From Candidatus Latescibacterota bacterium (GTDB lineage: Bacteria; Latescibacterota; UBA2968; GCA-2709665): a stretch of DNA of 64,000 nucleotides. The stretch lies in contig OZ244744.1 in assembly GCA_965219455.1 (NCBI GenBank), positions 4,096,001 through 4,160,000 of the forward strand, given 5' to 3'. The translations under genes were made by a program, and so were the position numbers. A model generated the notes under the pieces. The model searched no databases, had not been told where the DNA came from, and was given only the letters and a program-made list of their open reading frames with translations. Below are positions 18,643-28,340 of this stretch, one piece after another. How positions within the stretch are numbered: position 1 is the stretch's first letter; every line of letters starts with the position of its first letter.

Positions 18643-19323
18643 TTAACCGGCCGCGCCGTCGTACACTCGTCTGAGAAGCTGCAAATCCTGCCAGGCGGGG
18701 CGCTTCCATTGCTGGTTTCGCAGCAGTGCGGCCGGATGATAGGTGGGAATCAGATGAATGCCTCGGTAAGTAAAAAGCCGACCCCGCAGCGTGCCCAGCG
18801 GTTCGTCCGTATCCAACAGTGTCTGCGCGGCGAATCGACCCAGCGCGCAGATTACGACTGGCTGTATGTGTTCAATCTGCCGTTCGAGATAGGGCTTGCA
18901 TGTATTCACTTCTTCCGGCTGCGGGTCTCGGTTTCCCGGAGGCCGGCATTTGATTACATTGGCGATATAGACCTCTTCGCGTTGAAACCCGATGGCCTCG
19001 ATCATGCGGGTCAGCAATGCGCCGGCTGGCCCGACGAACGGCAACCCCGTCCTGTCTTCGTCCGCTCCGGGCGCCTCCCCGATAAACATCACGCCTGCAT
19101 TCGGGCTGCCGCTGCCAAAGACAACGGTGCGCCGACCCTCCGAAAGCCCGCACTTCCGGCAGTCACGGACCGATTCGTGGAAATCGGCAAGCCGTGTGCC
19201 TGCATCCGTGCGCATGAGTCTGAATTCGGTCAGACCATATTCCGCCTGGGTCTGAACGAACGTCCGCACCGCTTCCAGCGTCTCTCTCGCCTCGACGTCT
19301 AAGTCCACCGGTCTCTTACCCAA
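18643..19323 (-). CDS. Uracil-DNA glycosylase family 4 (Fe-S)
   Basis: [34 protein letters not shown] and TYHPAALLR. Confidence 0.93.
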   Translation of the reverse strand: MGKRPVDLDVEARETLEAVRTFVQTQAEYGLTEFRLMRTDAGTRLADFHESVRDCRKCGLSEGRRTVVFGSGSPNAGVMFIGEAPGADEDRTGLPFVGPAGALLTRMIEAIGFQREEVYIANVIKCRPPGNRDPQPEEVNTCKPYLERQIEHIQPVVICALGRFAAQTLLDTDEPLGTLRGRLFTYRGIHLIPTYHPAALLRNQQWKRPAWQDLQLLRRVYDGAAG

Positions 19324-20498
19324 TCCAGAATCCGTTCCGCAACCTCGAGCTTGGACATTTTCGGCAAGGATTCTGCCTCACCACCCGCGTCGATCAGCGT
19401 GACCACATTGGTGTCGACGCCGAATCCGGCGCCCGCCACATTCAAATCGTTCAGGACAATCAGATCCAGGTGTTTCTCTTCGAGTTTCTTTCGCGCGTTA
19501 GACAGGCCATTTTCCGTTTCCATCGCAAATCCGACCACAACCCGGTCTTCTTTTCGGGCTCCAAGTTCCACCAGGAAATCCTCGTTCGCGACCAGATCCA
19601 GAGTCAGCCCGTTGGCGCTTTTTTTGATTTTTCTGTCAGAGACGACGCGAGGTTTGAAATCCAACACGGCCGCCGTCATTACCAGGGCATCCGCCCCTTC
19701 AAATGCCGATTCGGTCGCCGCGCGCATTTCAGATACCGTTCTTACTCGAATCAGGTCCACGCCTACGGGCGGATCCAGAATGCCGGGGCCGCTTACCAGC
19801 ACCACCTCGGCGCCACGCTGCCGCGCGCGGCGCGCCACCGCATACCCCATCTTTCCCGTGGACCGATTTGTGATAAAGCGGACCGGGTCGATATCTTCTT
19901 CCGTCCGTCCACCCGTCACGACAATCCTGCGGCCCGAAAGGTCGCCGCGTGTCTCGACCGTGGATACGGCCTCCGAAACGATTCGCTCCGGATCTGCAAG
20001 GCGCCCTTTTCCACTTCGGCCCGATGCGAGAGCTCCCTCGTCGGGTCCAATCACACGATATCCCATATTGGCAAGTCGCTGAAGATTGCGCTGTGACGCA
20101 GGATGCCGGTACATTGCCGTTTCCATGGCGGGAGCCAACATCACCGATGACTCACTGGAAAGCACCGTGCACGTCAACAAATCGTCCGCCAGGCCGTTTG
20201 CCATTTTGCCGATCACATTGGCCGTTGCCGGAGCGATAAGAATCAGGTCGGGCCATTCACCCAACGTGACGTGGATAACTTCCGGATCACCCGTCTCAGG
20301 AAAAAGCCGGGTGTAGACACGGTGGCCGGAGATCGCTTCAAACGTTAATGGACGTATGAATTTCTGTGCCGCGGCTGTCATCATCACGCGCACTTCGGCG
20401 CCCTCCCGCTGCAGGCCGCGAAGCACTTCAACGCCCTTGTAGGCGGCAATCCCACCGCTAATTCCGAGAAGGATCCTCATTTTCGACGGCGTTGCCAT
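19299..20498 (-). CDS. coaBC: Bifunctional phosphopantothenoylcysteine decarboxylase/phosphopantothenate-cysteine ligase
   Basis: GISGGIAAYK, APATAN, APAM, TEEDIDPVRFITNRSTGKMG and VGFAMET. Start at 20498 or 20480. Confidence 0.95.
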   Translation of the reverse strand: MATPSKMRILLGISGGIAAYKGVEVLRGLQREGAEVRVMMTAAAQKFIRPLTFEAISGHRVYTRLFPETGDPEVIHVTLGEWPDLILIAPATANVIGKMANGLADDLLTCTVLSSESSVMLAPAMETAMYRHPASQRNLQRLANMGYRVIGPDEGALASGRSGKGRLADPERIVSEAVSTVETRGDLSGRRIVVTGGRTEEDIDPVRFITNRSTGKMGYAVARRARQRGAEVVLVSGPGILDPPVGVDLIRVRTVSEMRAATESAFEGADALVMTAAVLDFKPRVVSDRKIKKSANGLTLDLVANEDFLVELGARKEDRVVVGFAMETENGLSNARKKLEEKHLDLIVLNDLNVAGAGFGVDTNVVTLIDAGGEAESLPKMSKLEVAERILDWVRDRWT

Positions 20499-20712
20499 CT
20501 TCCGCTTCCTCATCGCCGTCGTACGAAGCCTGTACTTTGCCCGTCGACAGTCGATCAAGCGACAGCGTTGTGGGTTTTTCCGCCTCTCCTGAAACGTCTC
20601 TCGCCATCCGGGCCTGGTTGATCCGGCGGGACTCTTTCGAAGCGGCGCTGACCGCCTCGTATGGGTTTGTTTCGTCGTTGCTGATCTCTTCCAGAAAGAA
20701 AATCCGTGGCAT
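20458..20712 (-). CDS. rpoZ: DNA-directed RNA polymerase omega subunit
   Basis: NPYEAVSAASKESRRIN and KPTTLSL motifs; canonical position between gmk and coaBC. Confidence 0.8.
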   Translation of the reverse strand: MPRIFFLEEISNDETNPYEAVSAASKESRRINQARMARDVSGEAEKPTTLSLDRLSTGKVQASYDGDEEAEDGNAVENEDPSRN

Positions 20713-20817
20713 ATGGACCTAATCCTCCATTTGTGGGGCGTGGCTGTCCGTGGTCGACGTAGAATTTCCTTTCGTGCACCTGTTTAGGACGATATGACGC
20801 CCCTGTGCAATGCTGCG

Positions 20818-21483
20818 TCAAGGCGCATTCCCCTGCCCGAATTCAACGAGGAGATCGGGCGTTCGCCATGGCCTGCGTCGCTCGACGCGAATCAGTTCCT
20901 GAACCTCGGTGATGGCTTGATCCAAATCTGTATTGACGATGAGATAATCGAACTCTATGGCTCTGGCAAGTTCCATTCGTGCGTTTTTCAACCTGCGCTT
21001 CAAGGCGGCGACCTCTTCGGTCTGACGCCCCCCCAAGCGCTTTTCAAGCACGTTGACCGATGGCGGCAGTATGAACACGCTTATGCACCGTTCCTTGAGC
21101 AGACGCTTCCACGCCGCCGTGCCCTGTACGTCTACCACGAGCAGCAAGACCCCGCCGTTACCAAGTGCCCGCGAAATCGCCTCAAAAGTCGTGCCATAAA
21201 GAAAGCCGTACACCTCCGCCCATTCGAGAAAATACCCCTGTTTCAACCTGGAACGAAACGCCTCCTCCGAAACGAAATGGTAATCCACTCCTTCCGTCTC
21301 GTCGTGACGCTTCGCGCGGGTGGTGGTGGTTACGCATCTCCGCAGCGCGTCGTCACGTGCCAGGAGTCCCCGGCTGATTGATGTCTTACCTGCCCCCGCA
21401 GGACCGGACAGCACGACGGCGAACGAAGTGGGATCGCGATCGAGTCGCCTTCGAAGGGTCTCAATTCCGAACGATTTTTCCAT
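20818..21483 (-). CDS. gmk: Guanylate kinase
   Basis: SGPAGAGKT, TTR..R..E..GVDYHFVS, FLEWAEVYG..YGT and FILPPS. Confidence 0.95.
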   Translation of the reverse strand: MEKSFGIETLRRRLDRDPTSFAVVLSGPAGAGKTSISRGLLARDDALRRCVTTTTRAKRHDETEGVDYHFVSEEAFRSRLKQGYFLEWAEVYGFLYGTTFEAISRALGNGGVLLLVVDVQGTAAWKRLLKERCISVFILPPSVNVLEKRLGGRQTEEVAALKRRLKNARMELARAIEFDYLIVNTDLDQAITEVQELIRVERRRPWRTPDLLVEFGQGNAP

Positions 21484-21500
21484 CTGTGGAACCGATCACG

Positions 21501-22379
21501 CTATTCTATGTTCTGCACCTGCTCTTTGAGCTTCTCGATCTCTTCCTTGATCCCGACCACCAGATGCGCAATGTCCACGTCGCCGGCTTTGGAGCCGATT
21601 GTATTCGCTTCCCGGAGCATCTCCTGGAGCAGAAAATTCAGACGCCGGCCGATTGGCTCGTTTCGATCGAGTGTTTTTAGAAATTGCTCGTTGTGGCTGT
21701 GGAAGCGGACCGTTTCCTCGGTAATGTCCATTCGCTCGGCGAGCACGGCGATTTCCGTGATAAGGCGGTTCTGGTCAACCTGTTCCGGGGCGATCAGTTC
21801 CCGGAGTTTCTCATTGAGTTTCTTGTGCGCGGATTCGACCTGGTTGGGCGCCAACTTCTGGACCTGAATGATCAGATCCTCAAGGTGATGAACGCGCTGG
21901 ACGAAATCTTCTGACAGCCGTTTGCCCTCTCTGGCTCGCATCGATTGGCACTGGGCCACCGCCTGTTCGCAGGCCGGCGCGACCACCTTCCAGACGGCTT
22001 CAAAGTCCGGCGCCGTGGATTCGAATTCGAATACATTTGGCATCAGCGCCAACTGTATGGGATCGGGTGCATCCGAAAGACCCAGGCGCTGTTGAAGCCG
22101 CGCAAGCCCGTTGCGATATCCCTCAAAGATCCGCTCGTTTAGAACCGGAATGCCCTGTTCAAGCGCTTTACCGCTCAGGTTCAGCGAGAACCGGACGTGG
22201 CCCCGCGAGAAAACAGAAAGCGCGAGTTCCTTGATTTGGGGTTCCAGGGCCGATAGTTGCCCGGGCAGATGGACGGATACCTCGCCGTATCGCCCGTTGA
22301 CCGACTTCACCTCCACCGTGGCGCGATACCCGTCAGTTTCGGCTTCTCCCCTCCCGAAACCCGTCATGCTGACAACCAT
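21501..22379 (-). CDS. yicC: YicC/YloC family endoribonuclease
   Basis: SMTGFG, EVKSVN, DITEE..R..SH, GRRLNFLLQE..REANT.GSK and EQVQNIE. Confidence 0.93.
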   Translation of the reverse strand: MVVSMTGFGRGEAETDGYRATVEVKSVNGRYGEVSVHLPGQLSALEPQIKELALSVFSRGHVRFSLNLSGKALEQGIPVLNERIFEGYRNGLARLQQRLGLSDAPDPIQLALMPNVFEFESTAPDFEAVWKVVAPACEQAVAQCQSMRAREGKRLSEDFVQRVHHLEDLIIQVQKLAPNQVESAHKKLNEKLRELIAPEQVDQNRLITEIAVLAERMDITEETVRFHSHNEQFLKTLDRNEPIGRRLNFLLQEMLREANTIGSKAGDVDIAHLVVGIKEEIEKLKEQVQNIE

Positions 22380-22429
22380 ACGTTCTCCCGTCACTACGCC
22401 GCACAAAGGGTGTAAAAATGAAACTTATA

Positions 22430-22458
22430 AAGATAGCACATTCAAGGGCGTTTGTCAA
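22430..22458 (-). promoter_or_regulatory. Sigma70-type promoter for the yicC-gmk-rpoZ-coaBC operon
   Basis: Minus strand TTGACA (22458-22453) - 17 nt - TATCTT (22435-22430). Confidence 0.6.
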
Positions 22459-22585
22459 CCGGCAAACCGCGGCGCCGTTGTCGAAAATTCGAATTGCCCC
22501 ATGAGTGGCGCCGGCGTACATTCCGGAAAACCACCGAACTCATGTCGGGCAGCGCCAGTCTCACACGCACTGAAAGGAACCAGGC

Positions 22586-23155
22586 ATGCACGATAGATGC
22601 CGTTTTGCGGTGTTGTCTTTTTGCACCTTATGGCTGTGTCTCAGCCATGCCCTCGCGCCGCGGGCATATCCAGCGGAAAAGGATCTGGTCAAGACCGAGG
22701 TTCATCAGGTCGGGCGGGACTCGGAAGATCAATATATCGTTTTTCTGCGGAACAGCGAGACCGGACGACTTCTGCCCATCTGGATCGGTCCCTGCGAAGC
22801 GATGGCAATCTGGCGAAAACTGAACAACGAGACGTTTCCCCGTCCGTTCACCCACGATTTATTCCACAACGTCATGGAGGAGGCCGGGGTTCGTCTTCGA
22901 TCCATCGTGATAGACGAACTTCGCCCACTGAAAGAGGGGGGTCTGAGGAGTACGTATTTTGCCGTTCTGACCCTGCAGAGTCCGGATGGAACAACCTTCA
23001 AAATGGACGCTCGCCCAAGCGATTCATTGGCGCTGGCCGTCCGAATGGGCCTTCCGGTTCACGTGGTACGCGACATTCTTGAAAGCCACGGAATCCCCGA
23101 AAAAGAGGCGCCTCCGAATCCGGCGGCGCCCCGCAAGACACCCAGATACTTTTGA
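22586..23155 (+). CDS. Bifunctional nuclease (DUF151/BFN) family protein with N-terminal signal-like peptide
   Basis: LPIWIGPCEA, RPFTHDL and DARPSDSLALA motifs. Confidence 0.88.
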   Translation: MHDRCRFAVLSFCTLWLCLSHALAPRAYPAEKDLVKTEVHQVGRDSEDQYIVFLRNSETGRLLPIWIGPCEAMAIWRKLNNETFPRPFTHDLFHNVMEEAGVRLRSIVIDELRPLKEGGLRSTYFAVLTLQSPDGTTFKMDARPSDSLALAVRMGLPVHVVRDILESHGIPEKEAPPNPAAPRKTPRYF

Positions 23156-23265
23156 TCGACCGGCGGAGAATGCCCTACTTCGCACCGGGCCATTTCAAAC
23201 TCCAACCAACGGGACTCCGCGCCTCTTATGGGTCAAATTCCGGCGATAGTTTCTTCCTGGTTGTA

Positions 23266-23811
23266 TCACGACACCACATCGAAATCGTGTACATCCTCTC
23301 CTGCCTCGGTCGATAGAATATCGAGCGCGGCGGATGCTCCCTGGCCGGCGGAAATAATCGCCTGTGTCTTCCGCAGTCGCGTACTCCAACCCACTACGTA
23401 CAGTCCTTCAACGGTCGTGCGTCCGTCCCTGTCGCATACCAGCCCGTCGGGGCCTCTCTCCAACCCGACATTCACGCCCAGTTTCACATTGGTTCCTGCC
23501 GCCAGAATCAGATAGTTTCCTGCGTGTGTGGCCCCGCCCTCCGTGGTCACCGTGAATCCGGTTTGGGTTTTTTCGACGCCGGCTACCTGTACATTTTCGA
23601 TGCGAGTACCCTGCGCCTTCACCTGATCCCGCGAGATCCGTTGAAATTCGCTCCCTGTCAACTCTGGAATACCCAGGTAATTGTAGAGCATTGCCTTATG
23701 CATGGGCGTTGTATCCTGCCCGAATACCGCCACATCCATGCCGTTCTTGGCCAGAAACAGGGCCGCGCTCAGGCCACCTGGACCATCTCCTACCACCAAT
23801 ACCGATGCCAT
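23266..23811 (-). CDS. Short FAD-dependent oxidoreductase (thioredoxin-reductase-like N/C-terminal fold)
   Basis: VVGDGPGGLSAA, NYLG, GRT.VEGLY.VG and QAIISAGQG. Lacks the NADPH domain and CxxC. Confidence 0.8.
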   Translation of the reverse strand: MASVLVVGDGPGGLSAALFLAKNGMDVAVFGQDTTPMHKAMLYNYLGIPELTGSEFQRISRDQVKAQGTRIENVQVAGVEKTQTGFTVTTEGGATHAGNYLILAAGTNVKLGVNVGLERGPDGLVCDRDGRTTVEGLYVVGWSTRLRKTQAIISAGQGASAALDILSTEAGEDVHDFDVVS

Positions 23812-23834
23812 TATATCCTCCTGTCAGGGCTTAA

Positions 23835-23994
23835 CAGTCAGTTGATAAAGTCGCTCTGCAGGCGAGGCCGAGCCATTGTGACCGAAGACAAGGCGCGCGA
23901 CCGAGTCGAATCTGGGGATTCGGGAAGGGAGCGCAACGCAGTAATTCGGGCACAAGAGCCGGCCGCAGCCCGGATGGACTTTTTTAACGGGCTG
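23835..23994. mobile_element. 160-bp MITE, copy 1, TSD TTAA
   Basis: Imperfect TIRs CAGTCAGTTGATAAAGT / ACTTTTTTAACGGGCTG flanked on both sides by TTAA. Highly similar to 48505-48664. Confidence 0.85.
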
Positions 23995-24035
23995 TTAAGT
24001 ATCGTTTGTTTCCTCGGTTGGCACTCTCGTGTTTC

Positions 24036-26114
24036 TCACGACGAATCCTGTAACAACGCGTCCAGTTGGGCTTCTGTCGTTACCGGCGCGGAACAGACGG
24101 AATCTCTGCACACGTACGCGGTGGGTTTTCCGTCCACTGTCGTCTTGCCGGCAAGAAGTGGAATACGTCGTGACAGATCCTCACTTTTCTCTGGATCCGT
24201 ACGCACAATCACCCGGTTGGAAAGCAGGCGTCTGTATGCGGCCGCCAAGAGCTTTTTCGTGTCTGCGTCCTCCGGTTCGCCCACCAATACGACCTCGACC
24301 GGACGCCGGGAGAAGAAATCGAGACCGCAGAGCATCTGACCGAAACCGGACGGCATCTCTCGGAGCATCGGTTCGAACAGCTTCAGGGTTTGCTCTGCCC
24401 TCTTCCACAGATCCGGCCGGTCGAGAATCGTACCCAGACGCATTAAGGACATAACGGCCATCGAATTTCCGGATGGGGTCGCGTTGTCGTAAGGATTCTT
24501 GGAACGGACAATCAGTTCCTCGTTCGACTTTCCGGAAAAAAAGAAACCACCCTCCGCCGGGTCCCAGAACTCATCGAGCATCGTCTCCGTGAGCGTCTCC
24601 GCCGCATCCAGCCAGGCCGGATCGAAGGAGGCCTCGTAAAGGTCGAGAAGTCCACAGCAGAAAAAGGCGTAATCGTCCTGGTATCCCACGAACCGGGCCC
24701 GTCCGGCCTTGTACGTGTGCAACAGACGTCCGGATTCCGTCAGCATGTGTTGGAGGATGAATCCGGCCGCGTTTTGTGCCGTTTCGAGATACTCTTGTTT
24801 TCCGAGAACCTGATAGGCACGCGCAAAAGCCGAGATCATGAGACCGTTCCAGCTCACCTGGATTTTATCATCCCGTTCCGGCTTGATCCTGCCCTCGCGA
24901 ACGGCTGCCAGTACCTCCCGCCCGCGCCGCGTCGCGGCTTCCAGGCGCGCCAGGTCCACGTCCAGGAACCGGGTTAACTCTTGCGCCGCCACAGGTATAT
25001 TCAGAATACTCTTGCCGTGTTCAAAATTGCCCTCCGACCGTACATCGTAATGCCGGCAAAACAGCCGCCCGTCTTCTTCCTCCAGCAATGTGTGCACCTC
25101 CTCCTGATCCCAGACGAAAAATTTCCCCTCCTCCCCTTCGCTGTCCGCGTCCTGGGTGGAATAGAATCCTCCCTGCGGATCGGTCATCTCGCGCATGACA
25201 TACGACAGCGTTTCCTGTGCAATCTTTCGGAACAGCGGCTCTCGGGTAAGTTGAAAAGCTTCCAGATAGAGCCCGGTCAGCAGGGCATTATCGTAAAGCA
25301 TTTTCTCGAAGTGTGGGACCAGCCATTGATGGTCAACCGAGTACCGATGGAATCCGCCACCCAGGTGATCGTATATCCCGCCGTGCGCCATTTTCCGCAG
25401 CGTCAGCAGTACCATATCCAGTGCGTTGCGATTTCCGGTTCTCTCGAATTCTCGCAGAAAAACCGATAGGTTCATGGTACTTGGAAACTTCGGCTGCGAT
25501 CCGAACCCTCCGTTTTCTGAATCAAAATTGCGGGCGATCTGCGCAAATCCGTTAGAAAACAACCCACCGGTCAACTCTCCGTCCAGGTTTCGCAAGTCGG
25601 TCAGCCGTTTTAAACCGGCCATCAGCCGTTCGGCCGCTTCTCCCACTTTGTCCCTGTTCTCGCGGTAATGCCTGGCCACGGAGCGCAGCACGTCGGGAAA
25701 TCCCGGTCGACCGTATCTGCTGTCGGGAGGGAAATAGGTGCCGCCGTAGAACGGTGTTCCATCGGGCGTGAGAAACACGCTCATCGGCCACCCTCCGGCG
25801 CCGGTCATCATCTGAACCGCATTCATATAGATTTCGTCCACATCCGGACGTTCTTCGCGGTCTACCTTTACGTTTACGAAGAAATGATTCATCACGGTTG
25901 CAATGGTCTCATTCTCAAACGACTCCCTTTCCATCACATGGCACCAGTGGCAGGCCGAATAACCGATACTCAGGAAAATGGGGCGGTCCGATTTTTTCGC
26001 CTGTTTAAAAGCTTCGTCGCCCCACGGAAACCAGTCCACCGGGTTATGCGCGTGTTGCAACAGATAAGGGCTCGTTTCATGTAACAACCGATTTGTAAAA
26101 CGCGGCTTTTTCAT
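24036..26114 (-). CDS. Thioredoxin-domain / six-hairpin protein, YyaL/SSP411 (DUF255) family
   Basis: [57 protein letters not shown]. Confidence 0.93.
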   Translation of the reverse strand: MKKPRFTNRLLHETSPYLLQHAHNPVDWFPWGDEAFKQAKKSDRPIFLSIGYSACHWCHVMERESFENETIATVMNHFFVNVKVDREERPDVDEIYMNAVQMMTGAGGWPMSVFLTPDGTPFYGGTYFPPDSRYGRPGFPDVLRSVARHYRENRDKVGEAAERLMAGLKRLTDLRNLDGELTGGLFSNGFAQIARNFDSENGGFGSQPKFPSTMNLSVFLREFERTGNRNALDMVLLTLRKMAHGGIYDHLGGGFHRYSVDHQWLVPHFEKMLYDNALLTGLYLEAFQLTREPLFRKIAQETLSYVMREMTDPQGGFYSTQDADSEGEEGKFFVWDQEEVHTLLEEEDGRLFCRHYDVRSEGNFEHGKSILNIPVAAQELTRFLDVDLARLEAATRRGREVLAAVREGRIKPERDDKIQVSWNGLMISAFARAYQVLGKQEYLETAQNAAGFILQHMLTESGRLLHTYKAGRARFVGYQDDYAFFCCGLLDLYEASFDPAWLDAAETLTETMLDEFWDPAEGGFFFSGKSNEELIVRSKNPYDNATPSGNSMAVMSLMRLGTILDRPDLWKRAEQTLKLFEPMLREMPSGFGQMLCGLDFFSRRPVEVVLVGEPEDADTKKLLAAAYRRLLSNRVIVRTDPEKSEDLSRRIPLLAGKTTVDGKPTAYVCRDSVCSAPVTTEAQLDALLQDSS

Positions 26115-26329
26115 CGATGGTTCCCGAGTCTTAATCGCATTGATGCTGATTGAGTCCGTGGGTGAGCTTCCGTGCGTAATGACACGGTCTACCTGCAGCG
26201 GGCGGGTGGGTCGCGACGGGTAATCCCGCGAGTTGCGGGCAATGTCGGTTCGACCCGATCGGTGATTCAGCCGGCTGGCGACGGCCTATCGACGCCGCAA
26301 GCCCTGGCGCAGGCAGGAAATGGCTGGAT

Positions 26330-27736
26330 TCATTGAAAGCACAACAAAGTCGTGGCGGGCCGTCCAGGGTACATTTTCAGCAGCCGGGTCGAATTCCACT
26401 CGCCCCACCGGTCGGACCAGGTAAAAATCTCGCCTGTTGGCCGCGTTCGAACAAATCTCCCACCGGGCAAGACCGCTTCGAGTACGAAATTGCCCAGTGT
26501 ACACGCCTCATTCCGGGGAACCCGGATCTCGATACGATTCTCCATCCGCAGATGTTCAAGGCATTTCGCGGGCAACTCCATCCGGATCGGCGCATATTCG
26601 TTTGCGGGAGGCAGGTTGCCAACCCACTCGTCATTGAGGAAAACCTGCTTATCAGTGCGCAAGGCATGCCATCCGCAGAACCGCAAGGAAGCACGCCGAA
26701 TATGGTTCAAGTCGTCATAAATCAAACGGGCATCGGGCGGGTGCTCCATTTTTTCGAATGCCGAAAGATCTCCGGGTCGATGCCAGGCAAGTCGGGTCTC
26801 CACACCTCTATTCAAATGATGCCATGCCGTTTCGACCGAAGTCTGGCCGACATGGACGATAAACCATCCGGGCGCCGTATTCTCAAGATAGCCCGGCCAG
26901 CAGGTCAGCACGTCCTGGGGATACGGTAACAGGTTTTGCACACGGTCCAGCGGCGTTGGCATCTCGCTGGAAAGGCCGATGGAAGCACACATGCATTGCA
27001 GAACGGGTCGTCCATCCGTACGGTGAAGCAACACGCTCTGGTTGTGGGTATGCCCACAAAAAAAGGCGTCTACGGGTTGTTCCCGCAGTATTTCCGGCAT
27101 ATCGAGATGAAAATCGATGTTCGTAAAAAAGGCCCTTGCCATTGGCCAGACCGGATGGTGCCCAAACAGAAACGTACGTTCGATTCCCGCAGCCTCCCGC
27201 CCATTTAACGCGAATTCCAGCCACTTCCTTTGTGCGCCCTGCCTTTTCCACGTGGGCGTGTCGAGGAAAACCAGCCGGCAGCCGGCAATATCCAGAAAGA
27301 AAAACCGCTCTCGGGGCGTGCTGCCGAGCCAACGGGAAAGGTAGGGTCGAACGACGCCGTCGAAGGCCTCGACGCGGTCCCTGTTTCCACATGCGAACAG
27401 CAGCGGAATCCCATATCCTTCGAAAAATCCCAGCCCTTCCTTGATCTCATCAATGGAGAGTTCGACGTCCTGGTGCCCCTCAACGAGATCTCCGGTGATG
27501 ACCAGAAAAGCAGGCGAGACTTCTTTTAGCGAAGCCATCATCGGCATAAGAACATAGTGAACGCTCTCGAGGTACTGGTCAACCTGCAAGGGTCGAAACG
27601 AACCACCGGGTTCACCTGTTTGTCGCCCGAACTTTGGGTGCAAAAAGTGCGTGTCGCCCACCACGGCAAAAGTGAACGGTTTGTCGATGCGGTCGCCGGC
27701 CTCCTGCAGATTCATTTGTACGCTTTCCTTGTTCAT
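26330..27736 (-). CDS. Calcineurin-like metallophosphoesterase with C-terminal extension
   Basis: GDTH, TGDL, GNRD (GNHD variant), GHHP and GHTH motifs. Confidence 0.8.
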   Translation of the reverse strand: MNKESVQMNLQEAGDRIDKPFTFAVVGDTHFLHPKFGRQTGEPGGSFRPLQVDQYLESVHYVLMPMMASLKEVSPAFLVITGDLVEGHQDVELSIDEIKEGLGFFEGYGIPLLFACGNRDRVEAFDGVVRPYLSRWLGSTPRERFFFLDIAGCRLVFLDTPTWKRQGAQRKWLEFALNGREAAGIERTFLFGHHPVWPMARAFFTNIDFHLDMPEILREQPVDAFFCGHTHNQSVLLHRTDGRPVLQCMCASIGLSSEMPTPLDRVQNLLPYPQDVLTCWPGYLENTAPGWFIVHVGQTSVETAWHHLNRGVETRLAWHRPGDLSAFEKMEHPPDARLIYDDLNHIRRASLRFCGWHALRTDKQVFLNDEWVGNLPPANEYAPIRMELPAKCLEHLRMENRIEIRVPRNEACTLGNFVLEAVLPGGRFVRTRPTGEIFTWSDRWGEWNSTRLLKMYPGRPATTLLCFQ

Positions 27737-28206
27737 ACGCCGCCACTCGGCGGACCGCCGCCCCGCCGCCCGCCGCCGCGTCCACGTTGAAACCCTCGTC
27801 GCATCCTCTCCAGATAACCATCCAGAACCTTATCCTGTCTGTCGTCCAGCACCGATTTGACCTTATCGAACATTGTGTTCCGAAGCCCGCCGAGCTTCTC
27901 CATAACTTGCTGCCGGTCCGCTCCATCCTGCATTTCTTTTACCAGTTCGGCCCGCTTGCCGTGTATCTCCATGAGTGCGCTTCGGATCTCAAGCATTTGA
28001 TTGTCTTTCAACGCGATCTTGCCGTCAAACGCCAGAAAACTCAGCGTTTGCTCTACAGGCAACATCATTCTGATCCGGGCTGCGCCACCGCGCCTTCCGC
28101 GTCCGCGCCCGCCCCTGCCCTCCGGTTGTGCTGCCGCCTCCACGGCAAACGCCAATACAATACACGCAACGAGCGTAAGTCCTGTGAACCTTTCACCCCG
28201 TTTCAT
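27733..28206 (-). CDS. Secreted helical protein with RG-rich segments (Spy/CpxP-like)
   Basis: Signal peptide MKRGERF...AVEAAAQ; LKDNQ and LDDRQ (LTxxQ-like) motifs; RBS AAGGAGG before ATG 28206. Confidence 0.6.
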   Translation of the reverse strand: MKRGERFTGLTLVACIVLAFAVEAAAQPEGRGGRGRGRRGGAARIRMMLPVEQTLSFLAFDGKIALKDNQMLEIRSALMEIHGKRAELVKEMQDGADRQQVMEKLGGLRNTMFDKVKSVLDDRQDKVLDGYLERMRRGFQRGRGGGRRGGGPPSGGV

Positions 28207-28340
28207 CGGTGCCTCCTTCTTGTTGAAACATGCCTGTCGGTTCAGGCGGACGTAAAATCGCCCGGATTCGGCTTCTTTGGTAACTTCCTTAGACAGTCGG
28301 AATCCGGGCGGCGTTCCATAATGGAATGCAGTTTTCCGGA

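Noticed and set aside
26240-26265. GGTTCGACCC T-arm-like motif suggesting a tRNA
   Set aside because: No acceptor stem, D-arm or anticodon arm could be built around it.
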